From contig CBFHPF010000001.1 of NCBI GenBank assembly GCA_965657665.1, positions 1-48,479 on the forward strand: a stretch of DNA of 48,479 bases. The letters are read 5' to 3'. Below are positions 47,720 to 48,479 of the stretch, piece after piece. The DNA comes from Alphaproteobacteria bacterium. GTDB lineage: Bacteria > Pseudomonadota > Alphaproteobacteria > RS24. How positions within the stretch are numbered: position 1 is the first letter of the stretch; every line of letters begins with the position of its first letter. The notes under the pieces were generated by a model, which was not told the origin of the DNA, ran no database searches, and saw only the letters and a list, made by a program, of their open reading frames with translations. Made by a program: the position numbers and the translations under genes.

Positions 47720-48479
47720 ATGGCCGGATCAAAACAAAACAGTCGCGCATTGAAATTTTATTCTGATGTGCTGGGTCTGGAGCATTTACATTACGGCATT
47801 TGGGAAGCCGATGATGAATTGACACTGGCCAATTTGAAGCTCGCACAAGACCGCTATCAACAATCAATTATTGATTTATTGCCGCCACCCCCTGCCCGCG
47901 TGCTGGATGTCGGTTGCGGCACAGGCGAATTATCGAAAGCGTTAAAAGCCAAAGGCTATGATGTTGAGGGCTTGTCGCCCGATATTAACCATGTCGACAG
48001 CTATGCTGAGAAAGTCGGTCAGCCGTTTTACCAAACCGTGTTTGAAGATTTCGCGCCGGAAAAAACCTATGATGTGGTGATTATGAGTGAGAGCTGCCAA
48101 TATATCGCGCTCGACAAATTATTTCCGGTGCTCGAGCAATGCCTGACCGCCAGCGGCGTTTGGATTGTTGTCGATTATTTCGTGCTCGACGGCGTGCATG
48201 GCACAATGGCGAAAAGCGGGCATACCTATACCGAGTTTCAGCGTGCCGTCACAAACAGCAATATGACAATGGATTTTGACCGCGACATTACCGAGGCGAC
48301 CTTGAAAACATTGGATTTCGGTCGCTCATTGGTCGAGCGCGGCGAGTTGGCGCTTACCATGTTGAAACAGCGCATCGACCAGCGCAGCTGGGCCTTGTCG
48401 AAAGTGGTCGGTCTGATTATGTGGCTGGCCCGCAAGGAAGTGAAAAAGCTCGATGAAAACCGTATCCTCATCGACAGCG
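47720..48479 (+). CDS. Class I SAM-dependent methyltransferase, 3'-truncated by the window edge (absent from the ORF track)
   Basis: Manual translation MAGSKQNSRALKFYSDVLGLEHLHYGIW...AQDRY...RVLDVGCGTG...YDVVIMSESCQY; no stop seen before the window end. Confidence 0.85.
   Translation, partial: MAGSKQNSRALKFYSDVLGLEHLHYGIWEADDELTLANLKLAQDRYQQSIIDLLPPPPARVLDVGCGTGELSKALKAKGYDVEGLSPDINHVDSYAEKVGQPFYQTVFEDFAPEKTYDVVIMSESCQYIALDKLFPVLEQCLTASGVWIVVDYFVLDGVHGTMAKSGHTYTEFQRAVTNSNMTMDFDRDITEATLKTLDFGRSLVERGELALTMLKQRIDQRSWALSKVVGLIMWLARKEVKKLDENRILIDS

Noticed and set aside
120-48471. Numerous 60-260 aa alternative-frame and antisense ORFs
   Set aside because: They lie within well-supported genes, show no recognisable motifs and are expected shadows at this GC content.

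Overview
A gene-dense chromosomal segment from an alphaproteobacterium, made up mostly of housekeeping genes. The taxon is inferred from gene order and promoter style only; a finer assignment cannot be made from this window. It contains about 50 CDS and two tRNAs (Arg-CCT, Leu-CAA). Conserved blocks are: helicase-S4(hslR)-terB-fdxA-carD-rpoH2 facing an M48/LysM protease; yqaA-dsbB-coq7; HNH-alkA/gluQ; mcd-HIG1-pduO-etfBA-hbd; tlpA/argH-lipoprotein-lysA-ftsEX-ydcF-DUF2125; chorismate mutase-hisC-tyrC/metXW; gloB-cupin-pabBAC; rpmF; a PQQ sugar dehydrogenase; and glcB. I found no integrase, transposase, CRISPR array, prophage or recognisable defence island, and no clearly new multi-gene system. 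The best leads are: (1) a CLC-family protein whose canonical anion and proton residues appear substituted (GLYGP in place of GREGP); (2) a CarD with a histone-H1-like tail and a promoter set that fits CarD logic; (3) pervasive short tandem duplications, frame-preserving inside genes, including a 33-bp repeat in a promoter; (4) a Coq4-family gene plus coq7; (5) a membrane protein divergent from the PQQ dehydrogenase; (6) an uncharacterised membrane HExxH protein at the tRNA-Leu 3' end; and (7) two genes absent from the ORF track (a 37-aa LptM-like lipoprotein and a terminal methyltransferase). Product calls come from motif recognition and recalled synteny, not database searches.
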